A stretch of DNA of 64,000 nt, taken from Thermoplasmatota archaeon. Its GTDB lineage: Archaea; Thermoplasmatota; Thermoplasmata; Thermoplasmatales; ARK-15. Numbering within the stretch: position 1 is the first letter of the stretch; the number at the start of each line of letters is the position of its first letter. Made by a program: the position numbers and the translations under genes. Below the pieces are notes generated by a model, which ran no database searches, was not told the origin of the DNA, and worked only from the letters and a program-made list of their open reading frames with translations. The DNA is taken from NCBI GenBank assembly GCA_031961545.1, contig JAVRLK010000001.1, positions 6,596 through 70,595 of the forward strand, given 5' to 3'. Positions 1-9,784 of this stretch are shown piece by piece.

Positions 1-1
1 G

Positions 2-922
2 AAATGCTCAAGGTGTGAAAGGGAAGCGGTCGCTTATATAAGATACAGTGGAGAACATCTCTGCGCAGAGCACTTTATGGAATTCCTTGAAAGAAGGGTA
101 AAGCATGAGTTAAGAAAACAGGTGAACCTGAAAAGTGGTGACAGGATTGTCGTTGGTGTTTCTGGAGGTAAGGACAGTACAACAACACTCTACCTTTTAA
201 AAAAGATCCTTTCACACAGGGATGATATTGAAATAATAGCCGTAACAATTGATGAGGGTATAAAGGGATACAGGGACATTGCCATAGAAAGGGTTAGGGA
301 TTTTATTTTGAATCTTGGCGTTGAATACCATATATATTCCTATAAGGATCATTTCAATGTCACAATAGATGAAGTTTCAAAGATTGATCATGAAATTTTA
401 CCCTGCTCATACTGCGGTGTTTTCAGGAGATATTTGCTAAATAAGGCTGCAAGAGAATTGAAAGCAAATTACCTTGCAACGGGTTTGAACCTTGATGATA
501 CCGCCCAGAGCGTAATAATGAACTTTGTCCGCGGTGATCTTGAAAGACTTGCAAGACTTGGACCCCATGAAATAATAAAGGAGGATCTCGTACCCAGGAT
601 ACAGCCATTGAGAACTATACCGGAGAAGGAAGTGATGCTATATGCAATTCTCAAAAAGATTCCATTCTATCACGGGACCTGTCCGTACGCGGATCTTGCA
701 ATAAGAAATGAGTTCAGGAGCGCAATAGATTCTTGGGAGGAAAGAACACCTGGATCAAAATACGCGATACTTTCAACCTTCGATCAGATCAAACCCTTGC
801 TTATTCCTTCCTACAAAAATTTTAAACTAAACAGGTGTGAAAGGTGCGGAGAACCCACCGTTGGAAAGATTTGTAAGGCATGTGAACTCAGGGAAAGGAT
901 TGAAAATCTTCAGAAAATGTAA
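2..922 (+). CDS. tRNA 2-thiolation PP-loop ATPase, TtuA/NcsA (Ncs6/Ctu1) family; 5' end runs off the window
   Basis: PP-loop SGGKDS. The frame stays open upstream of the tracked ATG (77) back to nt 2 and encodes a Zn-finger-like KCSRCEREAVAYIRYSGEHLCAEHF. PCSYCG and a C-terminal CERCGEPTVGKICKAC are also present. Confidence 0.8.
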   Translation, partial: KCSRCEREAVAYIRYSGEHLCAEHFMEFLERRVKHELRKQVNLKSGDRIVVGVSGGKDSTTTLYLLKKILSHRDDIEIIAVTIDEGIKGYRDIAIERVRDFILNLGVEYHIYSYKDHFNVTIDEVSKIDHEILPCSYCGVFRRYLLNKAARELKANYLATGLNLDDTAQSVIMNFVRGDLERLARLGPHEIIKEDLVPRIQPLRTIPEKEVMLYAILKKIPFYHGTCPYADLAIRNEFRSAIDSWEERTPGSKYAILSTFDQIKPLLIPSYKNFKLNRCERCGEPTVGKICKACELRERIENLQKM

Positions 923-2250
923 CTTGAAGGATTGATTTTTCTCAGAATTAAATCTGCGGTTAAATTTATTATGCTGTAAAGGTCGGAAACAGCAGGACAG
1001 TATGCGGTTTCCAGCGCGCTCAAATCCTGCGCGCTGAGACCAGCTTTTATGGCCAGTGCAATAACATTGATTTCCCTTGATGCATTTCTACCTATTGCCT
1101 GTGCCCCCAAAACTTTACCATTTTCATCGCAAACAATTTTCATCGTTATTTCCCTTCCACCAGCATATTCAGGTTTGTCAAGCGTTTTTCCTCTTGCGCT
1201 CACCACCTTCATTTTATTTGCAAAATAGGATTCAGTTAATCCAACAGCGGAAACTTCAAGGTCACCGATAACAGAAACAAAATTACCTAGAGCACCTGAA
1301 TAAATTGCATTCCTGCCGGCAAGGTTTATGCCAGCAACAATTCCCTGTTTTGCAGCCGTTGTTGCAAGTTGAATAACAAATGGTGATGAATCAACAAAAT
1401 TTTTAACAATAACGCAATCACCTGCAGCATATATATCCTCCCTTGATGTTTGCATTCTTTCGTTAACAACAATATAACCCCTTTCCATCTTCACCATTCC
1501 CTCAAGTATTTTTGTGTTGGGTGAAACACCTGTTGCAAGTATTACCATTTCAGCATCATACCTTCCATTGGATGTTTCAATTCCCCTAATTTTTCCATTC
1601 TCAACAACTATTTCATTAACCCTTGCATTCAAATTAACTTTAATACCACTGGATTCAAGGTAATCTTGGACAATTTTTGCCATGTCCTGATCAAGTGCCC
1701 TTGGAAATACCTGTGGGAACATTTCAAAAACCTGGACGTTCAGACCTTTAACCTTTAATGCATATGCCATTTCAAGACCTATTGCTCCCGCACCTATTAC
1801 AGCAACATTTTTCACACCAGTTGAAATATATTTTTCTATATTTTCCGCATCCTCAAGTGTTTTAACAACAAAAACACCTTTTCCAACATATTCCCTTGCA
1901 TTTTTTATTGGTGGTATGAATGGATCCGCCCCACTGGCAAAAAGTAATTTATCATAGCCTATTTCTTTTTCCTCACCTGTCTTTAAATTTTTTATAAAAA
2001 CTTTCTTTCCATTGGGATCAATTCTTTCAGCCATATAATTCAAATAAACCTGGATCCTCTTTGTTCTCGGAAATGGATGCTTTAAATCATTAAAATTACC
2101 CGATTTTTCAAAAATAAGCGGAATACCGCAGGGTGAATATGATTCATATTCATGCTTTTCAATGATGGCAATTTCCTCATCCCTGTTTAATGATGTGATC
2201 CATCTTGTTGCATAAACTGCAGCTGTTCCAAGACCAATTATAACTATCAT
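910..2250 (-). CDS. FAD-dependent pyridine nucleotide-disulfide oxidoreductase (NADH oxidase / CoA-disulfide reductase family)
   Basis: N-terminal Rossmann IVIIGLGTAA, single redox Cys in YSPCGIP, second dinucleotide fold VAVIGAGAIGLEMA, and AAGDC near the C-terminal domain. Confidence 0.8.
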   Translation of the reverse strand: MIVIIGLGTAAVYATRWITSLNRDEEIAIIEKHEYESYSPCGIPLIFEKSGNFNDLKHPFPRTKRIQVYLNYMAERIDPNGKKVFIKNLKTGEEKEIGYDKLLFASGADPFIPPIKNAREYVGKGVFVVKTLEDAENIEKYISTGVKNVAVIGAGAIGLEMAYALKVKGLNVQVFEMFPQVFPRALDQDMAKIVQDYLESSGIKVNLNARVNEIVVENGKIRGIETSNGRYDAEMVILATGVSPNTKILEGMVKMERGYIVVNERMQTSREDIYAAGDCVIVKNFVDSSPFVIQLATTAAKQGIVAGINLAGRNAIYSGALGNFVSVIGDLEVSAVGLTESYFANKMKVVSARGKTLDKPEYAGGREITMKIVCDENGKVLGAQAIGRNASREINVIALAIKAGLSAQDLSALETAYCPAVSDLYSIINLTADLILRKINPSSYIF

Positions 2251-2566
2251 ATGTAGGGTAAAATATTAAAATCATAAAAATTTTATTACCAACTCATTTT
2301 TAATAATAAAAGTAATAAATTATGGATCTTTTTCCACAAAAATTAAATCACTACACGACCTTCGAAAGTCAAATCAATTAACGGTTGACAAACTCCGACT
2401 CTTACACCTGCATTGTCATGAAAGTGCAGACAAAAGAAATTTTTTCATAACTTCTACTTTGAAAATAAAAATAAGACTGTTTCTTGAAAAATTTGTTAAT
2501 TATCTTTAACTTTTGTCAAAGAAAATATATATATATCTTTGTTAATAACATTTATTTGGGTTACAT

Positions 2567-4492
2567 ATGGCGGAAGGAAAATTAAATAAAAGGGGAATTG
2601 CTTTTATAATATCCATTATAATTATACTTTCAGGTATTGCTGTCATAGTATATGCTCAATTAAATGAACAGTTAATTTATGTAAGGGTGGTTGATACTAA
2701 TGGAAATCCCATATATAATGCTACAATCCAGGGAATGATGCTTACACCACCATCAAATGGTTCCATATTCCAGACAGTATTTTTAACGCAAACCGAGCAT
2801 AATGGTAATGCAGTTGTTTCAAACTTCACTTTACTTAAAAGGATCTCAAATGAATGGTTAAGATACTACCATGGAAATTTCTCAAAAGCATCCTACCTTC
2901 CAGAGCTGATTCTTTTTGTAACATACAAATTCAATGGAAGTTTGTATTTTAAAGAAGGTAGTATATCCCTCACTCCAAAGGACATTTTAAATGGAATGTC
3001 AGGAAAGGCAGTTGTTGTGGTGAAACATGACAAAAGTGAACATTTAGTGAATGAAACGAATGTTACAACCTCTGTTCAATTAAATTCTTTGGAAAATAAA
3101 ATACAAAATAATATTGGTATCCTTTTACGAAACATTACCTTTCCCGAACCTTATTTTTACTGGGTAATGCAAAATAATACTTTCTATCCATCGAAACCTG
3201 GTCACCTCGCACAGATCCCCATTGCATGGGCTACATTTGCTGGTAGTGCTTATGGCGAGATTGTTACACAAATTGGGGTATTTCCAGCATCTTATGCTGG
3301 CTTGGTTCTTAATCCCTTTTCATCAAAAAATTTAGAATTTAATACTGGTGGTTCGGTTCTCACTGTCGAGTATTCGGGAATTGTAAAAAGTGCTCTAGTA
3401 TTTTTAGGGGACAAAACATTGAATAGGTTTAGCGTTGGATCATCCGGTTACATATATATAATGGGGCAGATTGAACTGGCTACTTATCAATTATATTACA
3501 TTCCTTCTGAAGTAGGAATGCCTGAGCCTCTAAATGACTATATGGCTGAAGCAGCCATTGTTTCTATAAGTACATCAAATAATCAGGTTATATTGGGTAA
3601 TGGAACAGGGATACCTTCTGTATTTTCAAAACTATCGAATTATACAAATTATCAGTTTTATAATGCAAGTAGTGGAACAGGCTCCGCTCCTAACTCCCAG
3701 ATTTTCTCTGGGGAAATTTACCAGAGTTTTGAAAATTACGGACTATTAGTTCAAGCTGTTATACCAATAGGTGAAATTCTTGCTGCAGAAGCTGAACCTG
3801 AAACTGAGATTTTAGGAATAGCCAGCTCAATTGTAGGTGCTATTCTTGGATTTTTTGTATGGCAAAGCTATTCAGGAGCTATGTTTACTACTATTGCTTA
3901 TTGTGCAGCACCTGGGCAAATAGTAGATGCATATGTTCTCTATTCAGATGTATCTTATCAAATAAATGGTCAGGGTTCCATAGAACTACCAATGATGGGT
4001 GCATACATCTACACAACATCATCATCTGGCGGTGGTGGAGAAGGTTGTGTGGTTTACGAAACAAACATCACATTATCAAATGGAGAACAAATACCTGTAC
4101 AGGATCTTAAGGTGGGAATGAAAACACTCTCCTACGATCCAAATACTGGAGAATTAATTACAACAACGGTCTCTCAAATTAAGGTTTTGAATTCTTCTTA
4201 TATTATGATAATAAATGGAAATATTGAGGTGACAGGATTAAACATACAACCAATATTTGTAAAGTTTGAAAATGGATCCGTTGGCTGGACTATGATCGGA
4301 AATTTGAACTATACAATGCAAATATACTGCCCTCTGAATAACACATGGGTTCCCGTAACATCTCTTAAAATCATATTCGGGAATTTCACCGTATATGATA
4401 TAATGACTGCAAGACAGATTTCAGGAGGATACGTTTACAGTGATTACATAGCAAATGGATATCTTTTGGATTCAAAACCAACACCGATATAA
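2567..4492 (+). CDS. secreted or membrane sequon-rich protein with a C-terminal Hint (Hedgehog/intein-like) domain
   Basis: N-terminal signal or anchor GIAFIISIIIILSGIAVIVYA|QL and at least 12 N-x-S/T sequons. A hydrophobic helix ILGIASSIVGAILGFFVW precedes SSSGGGGEG|CVVYETNITLSNGEQIPVQDLKVGMKTLSYDPNTGEL (Cys codon 4046-4048). The protein ends YIANGYLLDSKPTPI. Confidence 0.75.
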   Translation: MAEGKLNKRGIAFIISIIIILSGIAVIVYAQLNEQLIYVRVVDTNGNPIYNATIQGMMLTPPSNGSIFQTVFLTQTEHNGNAVVSNFTLLKRISNEWLRYYHGNFSKASYLPELILFVTYKFNGSLYFKEGSISLTPKDILNGMSGKAVVVVKHDKSEHLVNETNVTTSVQLNSLENKIQNNIGILLRNITFPEPYFYWVMQNNTFYPSKPGHLAQIPIAWATFAGSAYGEIVTQIGVFPASYAGLVLNPFSSKNLEFNTGGSVLTVEYSGIVKSALVFLGDKTLNRFSVGSSGYIYIMGQIELATYQLYYIPSEVGMPEPLNDYMAEAAIVSISTSNNQVILGNGTGIPSVFSKLSNYTNYQFYNASSGTGSAPNSQIFSGEIYQSFENYGLLVQAVIPIGEILAAEAEPETEILGIASSIVGAILGFFVWQSYSGAMFTTIAYCAAPGQIVDAYVLYSDVSYQINGQGSIELPMMGAYIYTTSSSGGGGEGCVVYETNITLSNGEQIPVQDLKVGMKTLSYDPNTGELITTTVSQIKVLNSSYIMIINGNIEVTGLNIQPIFVKFENGSVGWTMIGNLNYTMQIYCPLNNTWVPVTSLKIIFGNFTVYDIMTARQISGGYVYSDYIANGYLLDSKPTPI

Positions 4493-4643
4493 ATTAAACT
4501 TTTTACCAATCTTATGTAAATATATTATAAAATATCAGCCGGCATATTTGCAATTTTTTGTAAAGTTTCCTTTTCCATGAAATGAAGATTACCCAGTATA
4601 ACAATTGTATGCAAAGGTCCACAGATCCATTTCCTCTATTATC

Positions 4644-4732
4644 CAATGAAAATAATAGCATACAATATAAGAATGATAATAGTCCTAAATGATTCTGGAA
4701 TTATTTTTATTGTAGAGGTTTTCTACAGAGCT
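4644..4732 (+). mobile_element. solo terminal remnant (about 89 bp) of the IS5-like element found intact at 44945-45949
   Basis: caatgaaaataatagcatacaatataa...ttgtagaggttttctacagagct is the reverse complement of 44945-45033 with few mismatches, including the terminal AGCTCTGTAGAAAACC. Confidence 0.85.
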
Positions 4733-5109
4733 TAGTTTGATCAAACTCTTTTATATTTACTTTCATTATAATGAGAGGTGTGTTTGCACAACATGTTTAA
4801 TCACTCACATCTCCATTTACATGCAATTTAAATATTTTATTCATAAAATAATTTAGTTAACATACTAATCATTTTGGAAATATTTATATCCTTTTCATTC
4901 ATATTTCATTTTGCCTCCTGAGGACTCTTATCCAGGAGTTATCTCCTGCTTACACAAAATTCTTATCATTGTCATAGATTTGTTCGATCAATCTTTAATG
5001 ATTATTTAATTCATAAAAATAATGAAATTGATTTTTTAAAAAATTTAATATGAAATATAAAAATTTTAAATGACAAAGATTATAATCGAATAGTAATTCT
5101 CTGTTCCGG

Positions 5110-6027
5110 GTGATTGCCTTGAAGAGGGATCTAGTTTCAGTCCTGGATGTGAAGGATGATATGATGGAAATAATAGACCTGGCATTTAAAATAAAGAAAA
5201 AACCAGAAGAATACATGGAAAAGTTGAAGGGAAAGAGCCTTGCAATGATCTTTGAAAAACCATCAACAAGGACAAGAACGAGCTTTGAGGTTGCAATGAC
5301 ACAGCTTGGTGGTCATGCACTTTACATGAGCCCAAGAGATATGCAGATGGGAAGGGGAGAAACAATATCCGATACAGCAAAAGTTCTGAGCAGATATGTT
5401 AATGGAATTATATACAGAGCATTCGATCACAAAATGGTTGTGGAACTCGCCCAAAATTCATCCGTACCTGTTATAAACGCACTGGATGATTATGAACATC
5501 CTGCGCAGATAATAGCAGATATAATGACAATGATTGAAAAGAAGGGAAGAGATAGAAAATTGAAGGTTGCATTTGTTGGTGATGGAAACAATGTTGCAAG
5601 ATCCTTGCTCTATGGATGTGCAGTAGTTGGTTTTGATTTTTCAATCGCAACACCGAAGGGATTTGAGCTATCACAGGAGGATCTTAAAAAGGCACAGGAA
5701 GTTTCAAAGGGAAGATCAAAAATTGTTTTCACAAACGATCCTGTTGAAGCTGTGAAGGATGCTGATGTTATTTACACGGATGTATGGGTTTCCATGGGAC
5801 AGGAGGAGGAAAAGGAGAAGAAGGAAAAGATATTCAGGCCATACCAGGTCAACAAGGATCTTGTGAAGCATGCAAAAGAGGATTATATTTTCATGCACTG
5901 CTTACCCGCACACAGGGGACTTGAGGTAACTGAAGATGTTATTGACGGACCTAACAGTGTTGTATTTGATGAGGCTGAAAACAGGCTTCATGCACAGAAG
6001 GCATTGCTTGTGAAATTTTTATCCTAA
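5110..6027 (+). CDS. argF: ornithine carbamoyltransferase
   Basis: Carbamoyl-phosphate motif STRTR, HPAQ, DVWVSMGQEEE and HCLPAHRGLEV. The start appears to be GTG. Confidence 0.9.
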   Translation: MIALKRDLVSVLDVKDDMMEIIDLAFKIKKKPEEYMEKLKGKSLAMIFEKPSTRTRTSFEVAMTQLGGHALYMSPRDMQMGRGETISDTAKVLSRYVNGIIYRAFDHKMVVELAQNSSVPVINALDDYEHPAQIIADIMTMIEKKGRDRKLKVAFVGDGNNVARSLLYGCAVVGFDFSIATPKGFELSQEDLKKAQEVSKGRSKIVFTNDPVEAVKDADVIYTDVWVSMGQEEEKEKKEKIFRPYQVNKDLVKHAKEDYIFMHCLPAHRGLEVTEDVIDGPNSVVFDEAENRLHAQKALLVKFLS

Positions 6028-7709
6028 ATTTTCCTTTTAAACATTTTTTCAAGTTCTTCTTTTCCTATTTTTATCATTGTCGGTCTCCCATGCGGACATG
6101 TATATGGATTCCTGCATTTCATCAGATCATAAAGAAGAATTTTCATATCCTTTTCGGATAACTTCTGGTTTGCCTTTATTGCACCCTTGCAGGCCATTGT
6201 TGCGATTGTTTCCCTTTTCCTTTCCTCAATCCCTTTCGTTCTATTTTTCCCAAGTTCGTTCAGTCCTTCAATGAAAGCATCAACTATTTCATTAATTTTA
6301 AAGAATGATGGTACTGTTCTTAAAACAACATGGTTCTGGAAAATATCGAATTGGAAATTAAGGGAGGAAAAAATATCCTTCTCCTCCCTCAAAATTTCAA
6401 TCTGCCATGGCTCAAGCTTTATTGTTATTGGATCTATAAGGTTCTGAATACTCTTTCTGTTTATATCATCCTCAAGTTTCTCAGTCCTTATCCTTTCATG
6501 TGCTGCATGCTGATCCACAATCAGCATGCCATTCCCTGTATCCACAATTATATACGTATCAAGTATTTGCCCAACAATTTTTAAGGATCCGAGATCGGGC
6601 AAATTCTCATCAATTTTTTTCTGTATTATTCCTTTTTCTGTTTCAAATGTAATCTGTTTCTCCAAATCCAGCATTTTATCAATTTTCTCAAGTGCTGGAA
6701 ATTCACTGACAATATCGGGTATTAAATTCACATTTTTCAATGCTTTTTGAATACTTTCCTTTACAAGATTCAATAATTCATTTTCATTTGAGAATTTAAC
6801 AAAAATTTTTGCAGGATGAACATTTACATCGATAAACTGTGGATCCAGGTAAATTTTTATGATTGCTATGGGAAAGCTATCCCTGAACAATAAAGATCCG
6901 TATGCTGATATTATTGATTCAACAATTTCAGGACTTTTCACGGGCCTGTCATTCACATATATGTATATATGGTCCTTACTCTTCCTTGTCAATTCAGGCT
7001 TGCTGATTATACCCCTTATTTCCGCATTATTGTTTTTATTTTCAATGTTCAACATTTTCTTTGCAAGTTCAGGGGAATAAACATATGTGAATCTATCAAT
7101 TAATGAATTCACAACAGGTATGTTGAATATCTGCCTTCCATTATGAGTTAGTGTGAATGATACATCCTCCCTTGCAAATAGATAGTTTATGAAAATTTCC
7201 TCTATTGCCTGAAATTCATTCATATCAGATTTCATAAATTTTCTTCTTGCAGGAAGGTTAAAAAACAGATCCATAACGTTGATCAATGTACCTTTCATCG
7301 GTCCCCTTTCCTCAATCTTCATAATTTTATTTGCCTCACAGTAAATATATGTGGAAACATCACCCTGGCCGGTGAGTATTTCAAATTTAGAAACTGAAGA
7401 AATACTGTATAAAGCCTCGCCCCTGAAACCGTATGTTCTTATTCTGTTTAAATCCTCCTTACCGGATATCTTGCTCGTTGCATGTTTTTCTATGCTTAAC
7501 AATGCATCCTCCTTTGACATGCCAGTACCGTTGTCCTTAACGGAAATTAACGTTTTACCCCCATTTTTTATTGAAACATCAATCTTTTTTGCACCCGCAT
7601 CAAGTGAATTTTCTATCAACTCCTTAACAACACTTGCAGGTCTTTCAACAACCTCACCTGCTGCTATCAATTTCACAGTTTCATCATCAAGAATTTTTAT
7701 TTTTGCCAT
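6024..7709 (-). CDS. mutL: DNA mismatch repair protein MutL (endonuclease-type C-terminal domain)
   Basis: GHKL ATPase N-terminus AAGEVVERPASVVKELIENSLDAGA. C-terminal DQHAAHERIRTE fits DQHA-x2-E-x4-E, and CPHGRPT is present. Confidence 0.9.
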   Translation of the reverse strand: MAKIKILDDETVKLIAAGEVVERPASVVKELIENSLDAGAKKIDVSIKNGGKTLISVKDNGTGMSKEDALLSIEKHATSKISGKEDLNRIRTYGFRGEALYSISSVSKFEILTGQGDVSTYIYCEANKIMKIEERGPMKGTLINVMDLFFNLPARRKFMKSDMNEFQAIEEIFINYLFAREDVSFTLTHNGRQIFNIPVVNSLIDRFTYVYSPELAKKMLNIENKNNNAEIRGIISKPELTRKSKDHIYIYVNDRPVKSPEIVESIISAYGSLLFRDSFPIAIIKIYLDPQFIDVNVHPAKIFVKFSNENELLNLVKESIQKALKNVNLIPDIVSEFPALEKIDKMLDLEKQITFETEKGIIQKKIDENLPDLGSLKIVGQILDTYIIVDTGNGMLIVDQHAAHERIRTEKLEDDINRKSIQNLIDPITIKLEPWQIEILREEKDIFSSLNFQFDIFQNHVVLRTVPSFFKINEIVDAFIEGLNELGKNRTKGIEERKRETIATMACKGAIKANQKLSEKDMKILLYDLMKCRNPYTCPHGRPTMIKIGKEELEKMFKRKI

Positions 7710-7747
7710 CGATCATTCAATTATAAACAATATAAAAAAATTTAGTA

Positions 7748-8536
7748 CTATGGAATGGTGAACTCCTTTGTAAGGATCTTTTCCTCCTCTCCAACAACCT
7801 CGGCAAAAACTTCAAAATAATCCTTTATACCTGAAGTTTGAATTTTATTTTTCAAAAGTTCATCTATCTGGAATATACCCGCTGAATTCTTCATCTTTAT
7901 TTTTATTTTCACAGGTTTTTTCTCACCATCCATTACCTTTACCCATTCTATTGCCATTGCTGAAACAGAATGTATTGAGATTTTTCCAGCGCTGAATGGT
8001 ATTCTTGCCCTTCCCTGTGCCATGTCAAGGGCGTCGGCGATCTTTACTATTCCTCCTTCAACTGTCAGAGGAAGAATATCAGACCTGTGCGAATATATGC
8101 AATGAAGAATTTCCATTTTAACAATTTCCCTCTTTTCATCATCGTAAAGAGCAGAAATTAATCTGTCTATTATTGGACCGGCTACGATTGTGCTCAACAG
8201 TTCATGATCCATTCTGTGTATTGCATGACCAACATCATGCAGAACGGATGCAAGAAAAACAACCCCCTCTGCATCATCATTACCCATTCCATAATTTTTA
8301 ACTATGCTTGGCACAACACCGTGTTTTATTAAAATTCTTAGTATCTTTATTGCAAAATTTGCAACAATTTTTATATGAACAGGTCCATGATCCGTTATTC
8401 CCATTCTATCAACAGCGGTTATATTTGATGCCCTGAGGAGCGTTTCAATCTCCCCATCATCCTTAATTAAATCCTGAAGATACTTTAGTTTTTCATTTTT
8501 TAATACAGGTACCTTTATGTCGAGCATAAATTTCAA
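7748..8536 (-). CDS. HD-domain metal-dependent phosphohydrolase
   Basis: DHGPVHIK, then LHDVGHAIHRMDHE, then KIADALD. It lies 39 nt upstream of mutL on the same strand. Confidence 0.7.
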   Translation of the reverse strand: MKFMLDIKVPVLKNEKLKYLQDLIKDDGEIETLLRASNITAVDRMGITDHGPVHIKIVANFAIKILRILIKHGVVPSIVKNYGMGNDDAEGVVFLASVLHDVGHAIHRMDHELLSTIVAGPIIDRLISALYDDEKREIVKMEILHCIYSHRSDILPLTVEGGIVKIADALDMAQGRARIPFSAGKISIHSVSAMAIEWVKVMDGEKKPVKIKIKMKNSAGIFQIDELLKNKIQTSGIKDYFEVFAEVVGEEEKILTKEFTIP

Positions 8537-8607
8537 TAATTTTTCTCTTTAATATTTTTTTCCAAATTTTTACAAAAATTTTTAATTTTAAAAAAGAATG
8601 AATAATT

Positions 8608-8952
8608 ATGATAATTGTGGAAAGGATTTATGATTCAAAAAGCAATGGTTTCCGTATCCTTGTTGACAGGATCTGGCCCAGGGGATTGAAAAAGGAAAAG
8701 GCCAAAATAGATCTATGGGCAAGGGAAATTGCACCAAGCGATGAATTGAGAAAATGGTTTTCCCATGATCCTGAAAAATGGAATGAATTTTTGATAAAAT
8801 ACGAAAATGAACTTTTAAACAATAGCAAATTTAGGGAATTTCTTGATGAATTGAAAAAAGTAAATAGGGATATAATTTTCCTTTACTCATCAAGGGAAGA
8901 AAAATATAACAATGCAAGTGCCCTTAAAATTATTGTTGAAAAATATCTTTAG
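8608..8952 (+). CDS. DUF488 family protein
   Basis: RILVDRIWPRGLKKEKAKIDLWAREIAPSDELRKWFSHDPEKWNEF matches the characteristic DUF488 pattern. Confidence 0.7.
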   Translation: MIIVERIYDSKSNGFRILVDRIWPRGLKKEKAKIDLWAREIAPSDELRKWFSHDPEKWNEFLIKYENELLNNSKFREFLDELKKVNRDIIFLYSSREEKYNNASALKIIVEKYL

Positions 8953-9730
8953 CTTTGATATAATCTTCCCTCGATCTGAAAATGTATTTAAGATAAACAT
9001 TTTCATTAAGGTAAATATAAAAACCAATCGCCCTGAAAACAATACCCTTCCATTCAGGAGTGATGTTAAAAAATTCAATAATGTTATTATCAAGAACCTT
9101 ACCTATTTCCTTTCCAAGAAAATATGCTTTCTTTGAACCCAGCAAAAAACCGTATCTGTAATGGGGGAATCCACCATCAATTATACCAAAATCACCTGCA
9201 CCATAGAAATTTCCATACCTTAAAGGCTTCACTTTTCTTAGAATATACCATTCCTTCAATATTATTTCATCTGTAACGTAAAATTCACCTGTTATTTTAT
9301 CTTCCTGAATTTCCAGAACAAGACCTCCCCTTGCCCTCAGATAATCGTTTCTATTTCTTATCTCCACATGTATGTGCGGATCTGTCCATGGTCTAAAATA
9401 GGGTGAAATGTAAAGTTCTCCAAGGGTTTCTTCTGGATCAACAGTATCACCTATATTTACGGATGGTTTAACATGTAGAATCTTTACATAAAATCCATCA
9501 GAATCAATAATAAGAACATGCTCCTCCATACCATTCTTTCTCATTCTGTGAACCCTGTAATCAACAACTTTGCCATAGACGGGTGAATTCACATAACACA
9601 ATTTTCTGCTTGATGGAAAAATATCCACGGCCTTGAATTCCCTATGTGAAAGGAAAGGTGAATTGAGGAATGTGATGAATGAATCGTTATCAGCATAAAT
9701 TTCAACCCCATGTTTTGCTATTAAATTCAT
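8930..9730 (-). CDS. hypothetical protein with an M23/LytM-like (duplicated hybrid motif) segment
   Basis: GDTVDPEETLGELYISPYFRPWTDPHIHVEIR resembles the M23 G-x-V-x-G...HLHfE core. No signal peptide is seen. Confidence 0.45.
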   Translation of the reverse strand: MNLIAKHGVEIYADNDSFITFLNSPFLSHREFKAVDIFPSSRKLCYVNSPVYGKVVDYRVHRMRKNGMEEHVLIIDSDGFYVKILHVKPSVNIGDTVDPEETLGELYISPYFRPWTDPHIHVEIRNRNDYLRARGGLVLEIQEDKITGEFYVTDEIILKEWYILRKVKPLRYGNFYGAGDFGIIDGGFPHYRYGFLLGSKKAYFLGKEIGKVLDNNIIEFFNITPEWKGIVFRAIGFYIYLNENVYLKYIFRSREDYIKAKDIFQQ

Positions 9731-9784
9731 ATTAAGGTGAATAAAAAATAAAGATTTATTATTATTGATTGATTAAAGGATGAG

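Noticed and set aside
3859-4110. An 83-aa ORF in an alternative frame inside the first Hint protein gene.
   Set aside because: It is wholly nested in a longer, better-supported frame. Its Cys/Trp/Arg-rich composition is typical of an off-frame reading.
4046-4489. The possibility that the Hint segments (here and at 16259-16666) are ordinary inteins or intein remnants.
   Set aside because: They sit at the extreme C-terminus with only 6-10 residues after them and no C-extein. There is no terminal His-Asn plus Cys/Ser/Thr and no homing endonuclease, and the host proteins are secreted. The Hedgehog/BIL-like reading fits better.
4915-4948. Mutually exclusive 6-bp hairpins (CTCCTG ... CAGGAG ... 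CTCCTG) about 170 nt upstream of argF, as a possible attenuator.
   Set aside because: The stems are only 6 bp. No leader peptide or T-tract follows, and the segment lies in a region littered with IS debris. The evidence is too weak.
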